64,000 nt of DNA from Schizochytrium sp. TIO01 (lineage: Eukaryota; Protista; Bigyra: Labyrinthulomycetes), in the NCBI GenBank assembly GCA_004764695.1, contig SMSO01000025.1, positions 3,162,001-3,226,000 of the forward strand. The letters are read 5' to 3'. A program made the translations under genes and the position numbers. The notes beneath the pieces are model-generated. The model had not been told where the DNA came from. It saw only the letters and a program-made list of their open reading frames with translations, and did no database searches. Positions 21,806-33,629 of this stretch are shown piece after piece. Every line of letters starts with the position of its first letter. Position 1 is the first letter of the stretch.

Positions 21806-23662
21806 TCAAAGCCGGTTGTTGTTCTCATCATCAAAAGATTCAGACTCATCGTATACACTGGTACTGCGCAGAGAGGTTTTGGTTTGATCTGCTTCCTGGT
21901 CCTCGAGACCATTTACAGAATCGTCAGACTCGTTTTCATTTTCAGCTTCGCTGTCGCCATCAGACATTGCGCTACTGTCATCGTCTTCCAAGGCATCGGC
22001 ATCTAAACCAACATCTGCAGAGTTCTCATCCACTTGCATCCTTGCTGCGGCATCATCGGCATCCTCCTCATCCGCAGCGGTGTTTTCAAAGGTTTTTGCG
22101 TTCTTTGAGCCGCCTTCGAGGAAACTGACCGTGGATTGCTCATCAATATAGCCACTCCAGCGAATGAGCAAAGTATGTCCTCCTTCGATAAGGCCAGTCT
22201 CAATCTCTGGGATGGTAGTTAGAAGGTTAGAGCGCTGGACATTGATGGTCTTGGAAAAGGTGGAAACGGAAGTACCCACAAAGTTCTGGGCGCGAGCGCA
22301 AATAAGCTGCTCAACAAGACCAAACATGTCACTAACCACCTTCTTATTGTTGGGTAGGCGGTTCTTAAAGTCCAGCAATGCAGCAGCAGTGCCAGGGTGG
22401 CTAGCCAGATCTCGCGCGAAAATAAGGCGTTGGAAGTGACCAAATGGGCGAAAGTAATTGTTCAATGATCCGTCCGCGCGGTGGGACGGCTGATCGGTAG
22501 CAACGTACACAACTTCTGACTGTTTGAAGCCGGCATCCTGGCCACGACGCACAAAGTTTCGGGAATCCTTGCTTTTACTTAGGGCTGCTTTAATGTAGTC
22601 ACCTAAACGAAGATGGACCGCATTATATCTACCACCATCAAGAGCCTCATTAGAAATATGTTTTGATAATCCACGTAGGTAAGCCGTGTAGCGAATTGCG
22701 TTGATGACCCAATCCTCCTGCCAGTGGCGAGTGTAAAAGGGTCCAATGTAAATTAGAATTCGGCCATTGTAGTTCTTGATACGATTTTCGTGTTCTCTAA
22801 CACCACGCTCCTCAATCCAACTGAGTGGTGTACCGATCTGGAAAATCCAGGCGCGGGGGGTGCGACCTCCGACACGCAGACCTCCAACACGCTTCTTGCG
22901 GTAGTCAGTGAGCGTCATGTTGAGAGGGATGAGTGGGACGCCGGTCATTTTCTCAAGATACTCAAAATCAACCAACTGGTCCATGGGCACAAGGGAGTTG
23001 AGCGTATTTTTGAGGTAGTTACGAGCAAAGTTAGTGTGAGGACCGGCCATTGGCACCAGTAGAGCACGGTCTGACATTTTACACAATACGATTGCAGCGA
23101 TGAGGCAACGCAACTGGTTATTGTAGCCGCCGCTAGGTGAGTAGCTGAAAGCCTTCATACCATCGGGGATGTTGTTGTACGGGCGAGTAGTTGACCGCGG
23201 CAGACGAGCACGAAACATCAATGGTTTGGTGGAGATAAGCTTATGGACGCTGTCCCACTCGGTGGACTCCTCGCCATTACGGGAGGCTGCTAGAGCAGCA
23301 GCAAAAACGTCTGAATAATCTACTGTGCGATCTTCCGGATCGATGGAAATGATGTCGTCGCCCTCATTATCACTGTCATCGTCACTTGAATCACCATCCA
23401 AGCCGGTGTCGGAGTCAGAGTCAGAACTTAAGCTCAAATCAGAACCAGAGTTAAACCTAGACTTCCTCTTTGTGGGCTCTCCTGAAAAATCCTCGTTATC
23501 TAAAGTGATATCTTGCTCCAGTTTAGTGTACTGTGCATACTGGGTAAGCAAGAGCACTCCCCAAAAAGCGACGACAAAGAAAACTTGTTTAGGGATTTTG
23601 GACCTCATCTGAGCAAGCCAGGAAGGTGAGCTTCCATGCTTGGGAGAGGGGCGAAGTGTCAT
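21806..23662 (-). CDS. GDP-fucose O-fucosyltransferase-family glycosyltransferase (POFUT/O-FucT fold), type II membrane (~618 aa)
   Basis: TM anchor VFFVVAFWGVLLL, acidic stem, then SGGYNNQLRC...RALLVP, YNAVHLRLGD, VYVATD, LVEQLICARAQNFVGTSVSTFS, which are typical O-FucT motifs. The start (first ATG 23662) is uncertain. Confidence 0.85.
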   Translation of the reverse strand: MTLRPSPKHGSSPSWLAQMRSKIPKQVFFVVAFWGVLLLTQYAQYTKLEQDITLDNEDFSGEPTKRKSRFNSGSDLSLSSDSDSDTGLDGDSSDDDSDNEGDDIISIDPEDRTVDYSDVFAAALAASRNGEESTEWDSVHKLISTKPLMFRARLPRSTTRPYNNIPDGMKAFSYSPSGGYNNQLRCLIAAIVLCKMSDRALLVPMAGPHTNFARNYLKNTLNSLVPMDQLVDFEYLEKMTGVPLIPLNMTLTDYRKKRVGGLRVGGRTPRAWIFQIGTPLSWIEERGVREHENRIKNYNGRILIYIGPFYTRHWQEDWVINAIRYTAYLRGLSKHISNEALDGGRYNAVHLRLGDYIKAALSKSKDSRNFVRRGQDAGFKQSEVVYVATDQPSHRADGSLNNYFRPFGHFQRLIFARDLASHPGTAAALLDFKNRLPNNKKVVSDMFGLVEQLICARAQNFVGTSVSTFSKTINVQRSNLLTTIPEIETGLIEGGHTLLIRWSGYIDEQSTVSFLEGGSKNAKTFENTAADEEDADDAAARMQVDENSADVGLDADALEDDDSSAMSDGDSEAENENESDDSVNGLEDQEADQTKTSLRSTSVYDESESFDDENNNRL

Positions 23663-26600
23663 GATCTGTAGAACTGTCTTTGCCACAGGGTCTTACGTAT
23701 ACCGAATGTGATAATTGACGAGTGCCTTCCTCAGACTTTGAAATAGTTACAGCAACCTACAGACTTCAAACAGATCAAGCACGACAAGAAGAAATAAGCA
23801 GTGACCTCGGGTGTTGGTTTGGGTCTTTCACGGCACAAGCTCGCTCAGTCTTGCGAGTATGCCTTGCTTCTGTGGAAAGGAATGGAGTGCAATAAAATCG
23901 GAATGTGATGGAGCAGGTCTCGCTCTCTCCACCAACCCCACGAGCGCTTGAGCCCTTCACTAGCACGGAACAAGATGTCCGTGCAGTAGATTGCAAGGAA
24001 GCGGGGCACTGCCGTAGTCTAGCTGCCGCTCCCAGATCAGCCGCCCCCAAATCAGCCGCCGGTGAGCACGCGGCACTGGTCTGCTGGTCCCAGCTTGCGT
24101 GAATGGACGAAATTGATGCTTTACCATGCTCATTTGATTTCTTTTAAAATGTCTTTCATTTCAATTTCTTTTTATTTTCTGCCCTTTCTGATAAGGCATC
24201 TTCTCCAGCTCTTATACATTAGCTCGCATAGGAGTCCTATCTCAAGACTGGAACATTGCGAAATACTGAGAACGATAGAAGTACGAAGTATACAACATTT
24301 CAACGTAGTTCGTCTTCCTCGCTCAATATATACGCGCATTTTAATAATTTGGATAGAGTAGATATAGCCCTCCGCAGCAAAGAAGGCACAGTTCACATCT
24401 GCGCAAAGACTGTAAATTGTTGGTTTTTTTTTTTTTTTTTCAACAAATGTGGTGTCGAACACCACATTTGAGTAACGTTTTTAGTAGCCAAGCAACAAAA
24501 CGTCTCGCGTTACTTTCCCTCCACAGACCGTACTACATACATTCTGAGTGCTTTGGGCCCTCAATTACGGCCAAGTCTGAGCCCGAGCATGCGATCCTCT
24601 GCACATGGCTGTTTTATTTGCTTTGATGAATTACTTGCAAGCCTTTACAGGCATCTCGATTGGGTTTCTTTCTGGCTCTGAGAACGAGTTCCTCTCGATC
24701 GGCATATTGCCTATTATAATGATAGTACTTGCCGTCGCACGTGCTTGAGGGAAAAAGGAGTTTCGCTACCTTATCAATCACTGGAATCGCAGAAGCTGAG
24801 AGAGGACAACGGAAGAACACGTGCCTGCCTGCGTATGCGTGTGTCGTGTATTCACGTTATGCGTTTATGTTATTTTGTGCAGGACAACGCACCCCTCGAG
24901 AAGCGTAGAGCTCGTTTTCCCAAGATTTTTTGCCCCTCATAATGGAGAGGCGAAATTGAAAGTGGATGCCCTTCTTTCTATCTAGCAGTAAAACTGAACG
25001 TGGTCGAATACTCAGAGGGGGGTATATAGGGAGTTATACCGCTTCTAAGTTTCCCATGAGGTGTATCATACACCTAGAAGAAGTTGTATTCCATAGCCAA
25101 TTGGAGGAGCATATGTGTGAGTAGATAGGGTATATTGGGAGAGTTATTGTACAAAACGAAGAAGGAGAATAACAACAATAACAACAACAACGAAAACGTG
25201 AAGCTGTTCCAAAGGATACCAGACTATCTACAGCTACGAGTTTCAGATTGCGTACCCCAACGAATTAGGTAGCAGAGACAAACTCATTTCCACATGAAAT
25301 CTCCGCTCCCTCGGACAGCAGCCTTCAAGTTGAAATCTTCAAGCTGCAAGTTGAGACTTGGAGACAGACAGCAAAAGCCCCTGGAATGCAACTCAGACAG
25401 ACAATCAAATCACTGATCTCTTTGAAGCATCTACAAAGTCAGGGTATCCAAGCACCCACGACCCACTTATTGGCGGAAAGGTAGCCTATCAGGTAATTAA
25501 AGGTATTGCGCATTTACCTTGAGGTGGAGACTTTGCATTCTTGCTTCAAGTGATAGCTCAACTTGAACTGTTCAATCGTCAGCCTTGTTCAAGTTCTCAT
25601 CCGTTCGGTATCTCGTGAACTTGAGTTCCTGCCATACTATGATCGTGATGCTCTTGAAAAAGAGCGTAAGAGAACTTGGAAACTTGAGCTTTTTTACAAA
25701 ACCTTACCGAAGCCAATCAATCGCTACTTTCGAAGCTGTCTGGCTCCTGCTTGCTTGTATGCTTTCACGCAACGCCCATCGCAGTCCTGTGCCTTTCCTG
25801 CCATGTTTCGGTGCCGAGACATGTATGAGCTGACACGAGCGCATTTATTTCAATTTGTTGAACCGATCGCATGTCCAATTAGATCGCCATCACGACGCAT
25901 GTCAGGTCCCGCAGATAGAAAACGATTCGAACTTTGTATTTATTATTGCTCATTTCTGCAATGTTAAAAACAAATTATATATATACCAGAAAATAAAATG
26001 TTAAAAAGCAAAGTAAATCAAGCAGCCATTTGGCCCTTGCTGAGGAAAACAGAGGGAGAAAAAAAAAAAAAAAGTAGAAGAGAAAGAGACAAAGGCAATA
26101 CACCGTGTTTGGTTTAAGCTGCTCCTCATGTTCCCTGCTCCTTCCTGTTTATTTTATTAAAATAAAAATAGTAAAAATAAATTCAGGCCTGAGGAAGGAA
26201 TTGCTGACTAGTTTCATTTTAACCCGAGTGGTAGTACGGGAAAGCTTCGGCGGCTGCAGAGGATAGACGACAGAGGAACTAGCATTGCCTGGGTCTGAAT
26301 GCACCTCTCTAGCTGATTGAGACGAAACTTTTGGGCAGAGTACGACTGCGTCCCCAACCTCCGGGACGGCAGGAGTGATTTAAAGAAGCAATCAGTATGA
26401 ATGGCCGACCACCTGAGCTGTCTCCAAATCGGACAAAGTAGCAGAAGAGAAAAGAAGGTCGAAAGCTTTAAAACTTGGTTAAAGATTACACACTACTAGT
26501 GGGTAGCACTTATCATGCTGGTTATTATTATTTTTTATTGTTTTTCGAATAAAAACATTTTATCTGAAAAAGAAAGGAAAAGTTAATATCTTATGGCATG

Positions 26601-26797
26601 TGGTCCTCAAGCCTAGCTCCGCTATCTCCGACAACAACAGGTAGCATGAGGCATAGTCAAACTGGTAGCATGGAGCATAATCAAAATGAGTTGCCTCTGC
26701 GTACTGCCCAGATCTTACAGATCTCTGGGAATTTATTCACATCATGAGGCGAGTGGAGCAAAGGTGTTGTGCGCGATTTCGAGCTGTCAGGCTGAGT

Positions 26798-26826
26798 GAA
26801 AGAAAGAAAGAAAGAAAGAAAGAAAG
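26798..26826. repeat. (GAAA)n microsatellite
   Basis: About seven tandem GAAA units. Confidence 0.85.
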
Positions 26827-27473
26827 ACACTATACAAACGTTAATAAAGTGTTACGACGAAGAGAGAGAAAACCTGTTCATTATTCGAAAGAATAATCTG
26901 AAATTATAAAAGGCTGAATGCCAAAATCTACTATAACGAAAGCAGATGAATCAACGCGATTGTTAAATAAAATAAAAATGAATGAAAGTAGTTATTATAA
27001 AACAAATATCTAGTAGTGCCTAGCTAAATCAAAAAGTAAATAAGGAAAAGAAAAAGAAAATAGAGTCATCATCCATACATCGATCGTAGTACAAAGAGCG
27101 GAGTTTGTTGATCTCCAATCCCGCTTGATCGGGACGCACATTATACCTCAAACCCTGCAGGCAGCTCTGCTGCATCCGCCACCGTAAACGGCACGCAGAG
27201 TGTGCCCAGCCACGGCAGCAACACACGGATTTCGTTTGGCTCGCGTTAACAGGGTTATCGCGACGATATAGCTAGCCTCAACAGCAACAGCGATCCTAAG
27301 ATCAAACTCCAAAAGGTTCGTGGTGCTTTCAACATATTTGCCTTCGGGTCGCGTTTATTTCGGAAGAGGCGCGCGTGGACCTCGACGTTTTCATCGTGAT
27401 ATTAGTACAAATCGACCCCTCTTCTAGAAATAAGAGCGTTGCTGTTTATTGAAAGTTTTAACAACCCTGAAAA

Positions 27474-29132
27474 ATGGCGCCAACCCCAAAGACCAAAGCA
27501 CCGCTATCGGCAACTACGCTCATGAAAGACCGCTTCAAGCTGGTCAAAGTTGCCATCGCTGCCATATCAATTTGCTATGTAGTAATGATTGGACTGCAAG
27601 CCCAATCTGACTGGCTGGAGCGCGTAGCCTTCAGCGATGATGTAGAGAGCAAATCTAGTCTACTCCCTAGCGAAGGAGAATACCCTGACCAAGACGATGT
27701 TCCTCGTTCTTTGGGCAACGATGGACCCTTGTCTCCTGCAGAAATTAGGCTTATGGAGAAGGAACAGTCCATTGAAGGAAAAAGTGAACGCGCAAATACG
27801 ATCGGTGTTCGCGTCCCGGAGCTCGGAAACCTCATTATCCAGGACGGCGAAGAGTACATGAATGCACCATACATGGAAGTTCCACCGGCACCTGCGGATA
27901 AAACCGTGTATAAACGTCTTTGGCCCCTTCAGCGCATGCATGATGAGTACTTCAAAACCAACGCCCATCGTCGTTACATCCCGCGTCTTGGCCAGCCAAT
28001 TACTCGCCAGCAGTTTCACGAGATTTTTCGCAAGCGCAGTATCCCTGTTATTATCCCATTCGAATATATGCGCCACCTTGGGTTTGCTACACAAGGATAC
28101 ACGCTCGAACAGCTCCGGGAGATGTTTCCTTGGGAGCCTACAGAATCAACTGAGGCAGCTATCAAGCGCAAGGAGTTTCACGTTGATGGTGCATGGGGCA
28201 TTAAGGGCAAAGATAAGAGCATCCCCTGGGAGCGTGCTATCTGGAAACTTGAGCAGGATGCGCCAGTGCTCATGAATGGCCCTAACTTGAGCTACCGCAA
28301 TGTTCCCCGAAACATGAAGCTCCAGCCTGATCAGCTCGCTCAGTGGAATATTTCCTACCCGCCGTTCTTACGTCACAAGGACTTTCAACCCCCGACAATG
28401 TGGTTTGGAACCTCGAGTTCAGACACAGTAAGTTAAATTTTGATTACCAACCTAGCTAGAGGAATGAATCGTGCTTAGCTGAAAAATACAGCTGGCGCAG
28501 CACTAACTTGCAATACATGTGTCATTGGATGACTAACACTGTTGTTTCTATTCCCAATCCTCCCCAAATGATTCTACTCATAGAAATTGCATGCTGATTG
28601 CTGCGATAACTGGGTCAGCCAGCTCATGGGCACGAAACGCTGGTTTATTGCGCCGCCCTCGGACACACCAAAGCTCTTGCCAGTGCACTGTTCTGGCAAG
28701 AACAAGGGCTTGTGCTGGTCGTCTTTGCGTATGCCTCTTCGCGATGTGCTGCCCAAGCTTCAGCCTATTCGTGACAGCCTGGAATCAATTGAAATTGCTG
28801 TGAAAGCTGGCGAGATGTTCTATTTGGTAAGTTTTCTACGTTTGAGAAAATGTTTAACGAGATGAGATGGTTTCATGCTAACGAGGATTCTTATATTATA
28901 TGTTCTTGTCTTTGATTTTTGTGCGCAGCCAGGAGGATGGTACCACCACATTCGTAACGATGGTCCAACCATCATGATTAACTTCTGGTCTTGGGGTTGT
29001 CCGAATAACCAGTTGGCTGTTGACTTTGATGCCTCGCGTCCCGACCGACCGGATTTTAAAGGTCAGAACTGTGCCAAGGAGACTGAGGAGATTGAGAAGT
29101 TCATTTACGGTCAAACCACAGCAGAAGTTTAA
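27474..29132 (+). CDS. Membrane-anchored JmjC (cupin-like) Fe(II)/2-oxoglutarate dioxygenase, paralog A; exons 27474-28427, 28584-28826, 28929-29132 (~466 aa)
   Basis: Joining three ORF-track fragments at GT-AG sites gives a continuous JmjC: MWFGTSSSDT|KLHADCCDNW...GTKRW...GEMFYL|PGGWYHHIRN...MINFW (HxD...H triad, 2OG-binding Lys). N-terminal hydrophobic anchor VAIAAISICYVVMIGL. Confidence 0.88.
28428..28583 (+). other. Spliceosomal intron 1 of JmjC-A (phase 0)
   Basis: GTAAGT donor, CTAAC branch-like motifs, ...ctcaTAG acceptor; removal restores the frame. Confidence 0.85.
28827..28928 (+). other. Spliceosomal intron 2 of JmjC-A (phase 0)
   Basis: GTAAGT donor, GCTAAC branch, T-rich tract, gcgCAG acceptor; joins GEMFYL to PGGWYHH. 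Confidence 0.85.
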
Positions 29133-29542
29133 TTAATCAGATGAATCTACATACTCCTTATGCGATCTTAGAGCTATTATGAAAGTCGCATGCTTTAAAT
29201 TACTAATTTGAAAATGGTATGCTTGTGTGACACCTTCTCACCAACTCAGTTATTTTGTTTTCCCCAAATCAATTATCAACTACCTTGGCAATCCTCTAAT
29301 CAGAATGTTACAAGTTGCAGAGGACTACGAATACCTGGGGGAATGCATTTTCAATATACTGGGGTAGACATATGTGTACACAACAACAACAAAAAATGAA
29401 CAGAAGAACTCCAAGTCTTTGAATGAAATACACGATATGCAGGGATTCATTGATTATCATAAGGAGATTGTAAAAGGGGGAGAGTAATGTATGACAATAC
29501 TGGTAGTCAAGAATAAAAGAAGCAAGCTTGAGTAAGCTTTGT

Positions 29543-31443
29543 TTAGCTGTAGATGAACGCATCGTAATCCTTGGCACGGTTCTCACACTGGGTGAAGTCA
29601 GGACGGTCTGTGCGCTGCGGGTCGAGGTCGAGTGCGATTTGGCTATTAGCACATCCAATTGCCCAGAAGTTGATCCTGTGTAAACCAAAAGAAAAGGTAC
29701 ACAAAAGCAATAAAAAAATAACGAGGAATATTTCGCATGTACAACAAGACTCGTGATGTTAGAACAACCAGTGCTTATCTCTCTCTTGAATTTGTGGATC
29801 CACAGAGGAATTGAATTATTATATCAATAGGAATGAACAACTTACATAATGGTCGGGCCCCGGTTGCTGATCATGTGCCACCAACCAGCTGGCAAATAGA
29901 GCATCTCACCAGCGTTGACATCGACATCGATATAGTCAAGCTTCTCCTTCATTGCGCGTTCCTTAGGTGTAAGGTTCTTGCGAAAGGGGAATTTGAGAGG
30001 GGACCAGCAAAGAGCGGTATGCTTACCCACACAAGCGTTCGGCCACAATTTGCGACTGTCCGTAGGGGGGGCAATGAACCAGCGCTTGGTACCCTGAATG
30101 TGGCTCACCCAGTTATCGCAACAATCGTGGTGCATTTTCTGTTTCATACAATAAAGCAAAAACCGAGAAAGTCAAGATAAACAATTCGCAGAAGTCAAGA
30201 AGTCAGAAGTGTTAGCAGTTGATCGTAAGAAGGAAATCAGATGTCTCAAATGGGAACTTACTGTATCCGCAGAGGTGGTGCCCATCCACATTGTAGGGGG
30301 CTGGAATTCAGAAGAGGGCAAGAAGGGAGGAAAGCTAATGTTGAACTTCGCCAACTCACTAGGCGGAAGCTTCATGTTACGGGGAATATTGCGGTTGCCA
30401 GTACCACTTGCACCATAAACGATGTGAGTATCCTGCTCAAGCTTCCAGAGTGCAGGGCCAAAATCAACATCACGCTTGCCTCGGTAGAAACCGTTCTGGT
30501 TGTAATCTTGGCGCATCAGAGCAGTTTTCTTGGCAATCTTGGGCTCATAGGGAAACTCCTTGCGAAGATCCTTGAGGGTCCAGCCCTTAGTGAGCACACC
30601 AAGGTGACGCATGTACTTGAACGGGATGATCACCGGGGTACTTGTCTTACGGAAGATCTCGTGGAACTGTTGACGGGTAATGGGCTGACCAAGGCGCGGG
30701 ATGTAACGCTTATGCGGGACTTGGCGAAAGAACTCCTCATGCATCTCAAGCTGCGGCCACATCTTTTTATAGAGACTGGGCGGGTTGATCGGGCCTTCGG
30801 GAGGAGTAATCTCAGGCGCCTCGAGGTACTTGTCTCCGTCCTGAATGTAAAGTCCGCCAAGACTCTCAATTGGGATACCTTCCCAATCGTCACGGTTGTC
30901 ATTGCTCTGAAGACGCTCGATTTCCTCAGAGGCCATAGCCTCAAGACGAAGCTCCTCAGGAGATCTCTCAATAGGCTCGTCATCAGAGTCTGTGTTCATA
31001 GGGATCTCATCATCCTGAATCGGATAGGCGCCGTTCAAAGCCTCATCTGCAGCAAGCTGCGCCTCCGCTGCAGCCTGAGCCTGCTCTTCCTCAGAATCCC
31101 CGTTGTTTTCAAAGTTGTCGCTGATGTTGAGCAATTCATCAGAACTATCGTCATTGCTGGCAAGGGAATTCCGAAGGGATCCCAAGCTCATAGATTTGGC
31201 TGAGAGCGAAACGAAATCATTCTTAGGTTCGACCGTCTCTGCCTCGAATGGTTTACTCTCAGAGGTACCCTGTTTGCCGATCATTGAGATCACCAAGAGC
31301 ACAGCAAGAACGATAATCACAACATCTTTAGCACCTACAGACCAGCCAGCTTTGCGCTTGGTTTTGTTGTCGTGGTCGTCTAATAGGGCCGCTGAGCTAC
31401 CCTTGGACGAGCCGATCTCAGCCTTTGCGTTGGACCGGAGCAT
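29543..31443 (-). CDS. Membrane-anchored JmjC dioxygenase, paralog B; exons 31443-30262, 30138-29846, 29675-29543 (~535 aa)
   Basis: Spliced product MWMGTTSADT|KMHHDCCDNW...GTKRW...GEMLYLPAGWWHMISNRGPTIM|INFWAIGCANSQIALDLDPQRTDRPDF...FIYS*. Shares RYIPRLGQPITRQQFHEIFRK with paralog A. TM VVIIVLAVLLVISMIG. Confidence 0.88.
29676..29845 (-). other. Spliceosomal intron 2 of JmjC-B (phase 2, inside the Met codon of PTIM)
   Basis: Minus-strand GTAAGT donor at 29845 and ttttggtttacaCAG acceptor at 29676; removal restores INFW. Confidence 0.82.
30139..30261 (-). other. Spliceosomal intron 1 of JmjC-B (phase 0)
   Basis: Minus-strand GTAAGT donor, GCTAAC branch, aaaCAG acceptor; same position as intron 1 of paralog A. 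Confidence 0.85.
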
Positions 31444-32572
31444 TTTGGCGGGAGGCCTGTTGTGCTCACCAGGTGAGACCTAGGCAGAAATTGTTTGCAG
31501 AGGCTTCTTGCGCGAAGCTTCTAGCTCCACGAAGCCACTTTATCGTCACAAACCTTTGTTCGTGACGTCTATTGGGTTTGTTTGCTTGCTTCAAGTTTTT
31601 GTCTTGCCTCGCTGCCTCCAAGCGCTCAGTAATTTTTAAGTTTCGTTCTATTGAGTATTTAAAATAAAAAACTGCAACTATAAACAACGTTATTTAAAAC
31701 TTTTTTTAAAAATGTAAATAATTAAAACAAATATATTTATAATAAAGATTACCACACATATTGAAACTCTTACCGTAGTAGTCTGACCATATACTTTATG
31801 CCTTTTAAAAGTCCGTTTCATAATTCATTTTTTGTTATAGAAAAAGAAGGTCACACGCTGGTTCCGATAAAAGAGTAAGAACTATTCGATTTAATTATTT
31901 TTGTTTTAAATAAATTAAACACTAAACAAGTCAGAAAACAAACTTGAAGAAGGACGCTGCAAAAGAATAAGAAAAAAATAAAATTGAAGACTATGATAGC
32001 ATGTTTTTTCACATACCACTATCTTAGAGGACAGGGGGAGATGAGGAAGAAAACAACCTTTAATATTATACATGACCGCTAGTATGGAAGTGTGAGAAAG
32101 AGCGAGGATGAAAATCTTGGTCTGTAGTGGACGGAGACACGGGCGAATAGGGAGAAAGCTTGACTTTCAAAGTTAGAGGAATACTTTAAAAAAACTCATC
32201 AAGCCCATGATGGTCCCTGAGCACGCAGCTGAAAGAAGCCAGGCCCAAACAAGAGAAAAAGCAGAAGAACTGAGACACCTCGAAGCCAGAATCAACTTTC
32301 AACTTTAAAATCTTAGGTACTGGCTGCTGGAAAGGCTTATTATTCGCAATTGCGTTGTTCTTTGGCGGCTGCTCGTATCTAGGTAGATTCCGTGCTCGTC
32401 GCACGATCAAGCCCGAGCGAGACATTGTGGATTCCCCAACCATGAGTTGTAGACGCGAGAACCTTTATCCATTGCATTCTTGTCAGTCCAGGTCCGAGGC
32501 AACCATTTCTTATTCTATTTTACTATTGCTATAGCCTGTATTTTCTTATTTGCGTAAAAGCGGAATATATAG

Positions 32573-32604
32573 GTATGTATGTATGTATGTATGTATGTAT
32601 GTAT
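32573..32604. repeat. (GTAT)n microsatellite
   Basis: About eight tandem GTAT units. Confidence 0.88.
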
Positions 32605-33143
32605 ACAAATGATCATCCCTTTCTTCGTGAACTTGCCAGAAAGCGTAGGCGGACGTCTCCTGTCTAATGTTGTGATCTCTGATAACCCTCAGCAAGCGGG
32701 TTGGCTGGGGAGAGCACAGCTATAAGTAGCAAGCAAATGCATTGCATTTTGCAGGATTCGATAGTGCCAGGTTATGCATAAAAGTGCTTTTTTCTAAACA
32801 AAGAGAGGGGTTTTCAACCACGCGCCGGTCCTTCCTCGCCCTGTTAGCCCTTCGGACAGAATAATTAGTAAGAGCGTAATTTTCTCGTCTTAAAAAACAA
32901 CAGAAAAACAAACTTTTCATACGAATTTAATTTTTACTCCTTCAAAAAGGTATATACTAGTACCGTAACGCATGCATCGTAAATAAAAGTTGGAGGTAAT
33001 GAGTGAAAGTTTTGGCGTGAATTTTTATGCAAGCTGAAAGGTTTAGTTTTTTAACTCAATTCCTCTCTCTGAGTGGTGCCATCCGCGTTTTCATTCCAAG
33101 GTATTTGTTTATTTCCTTGGCACAGACCGTCACGGTGACGGTC

Positions 33144-33629
33144 ATGTGCGTCGAGTCCCGAGTCCCTGATGCATCGAAAGAATCGCTGGAAATGGCACGG
33201 TCGAGCAGCGAAAAGTCAACCTGAGAAGAAACTGCGAAACGGGAAGAGAGAGAAGAAACGCTACAGAAAGAGCGACTGAGCTGGCTAACCGAGTTCATGA
33301 AAACCAAAAAAAGATGGAAAGAAGAAATGGAGCGTCGAATGGAAAGGACGGACCAGTCCGCTAGTAGACGCACCACCGCCGCCGCCGCCGCCGCCTCCTC
33401 GAGGGACGAAGACAGTCACTCTCTGGCTAGTAACCCTTAACTACTCGAGGTAGAACTAACTCGCAAAACCGAAGAAGCGCTTGCAGAAGACAGTGCTTGC
33501 TTTCTCAGAGATCGAAGAGCCGCAAGCGATGGAAATGCGGGCAATGGGCGTTGCTGCGGCGCCTCATGGAGGGCCGCAGATAACCTGCCTGCGTGGGCGT
33601 TCTGGGCCTTCATTATCGGCCTCAGATAA
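33144..33629 (+). pseudogene. Possible decayed gene fragment (charged coiled-coil-like frame with in-frame stops)
   Basis: One frame reads MCVESRVP...SEKST*EETAKREEREETLQKERLSWLTEFMKTKKRWKEEMERRMERT...AAAAAA...SNP*LLEVELTRKTEEALAE..., with stops at 33222, 33438 and 33627. No family recognised. Confidence 0.3.

Noticed and set aside
25563-25967. 134-aa ORF between the O-FucT and JmjC-A genes
   Set aside because: Non-ATG start and no recognisable domain; may be decayed coding sequence but cannot be supported.
30241-31203. 320-aa plus-strand ORF (and similar shadow ORFs at 2397-3005, 48839-49309, 54687-55120, 63141-63948)
   Set aside because: Antisense shadows of well-supported genes, with no motifs of their own.
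33222-33224. In-frame TGA as selenocysteine or readthrough
   Set aside because: No redox or Cys-like context, further TAA stops in the same frame, and no SECIS recognised.
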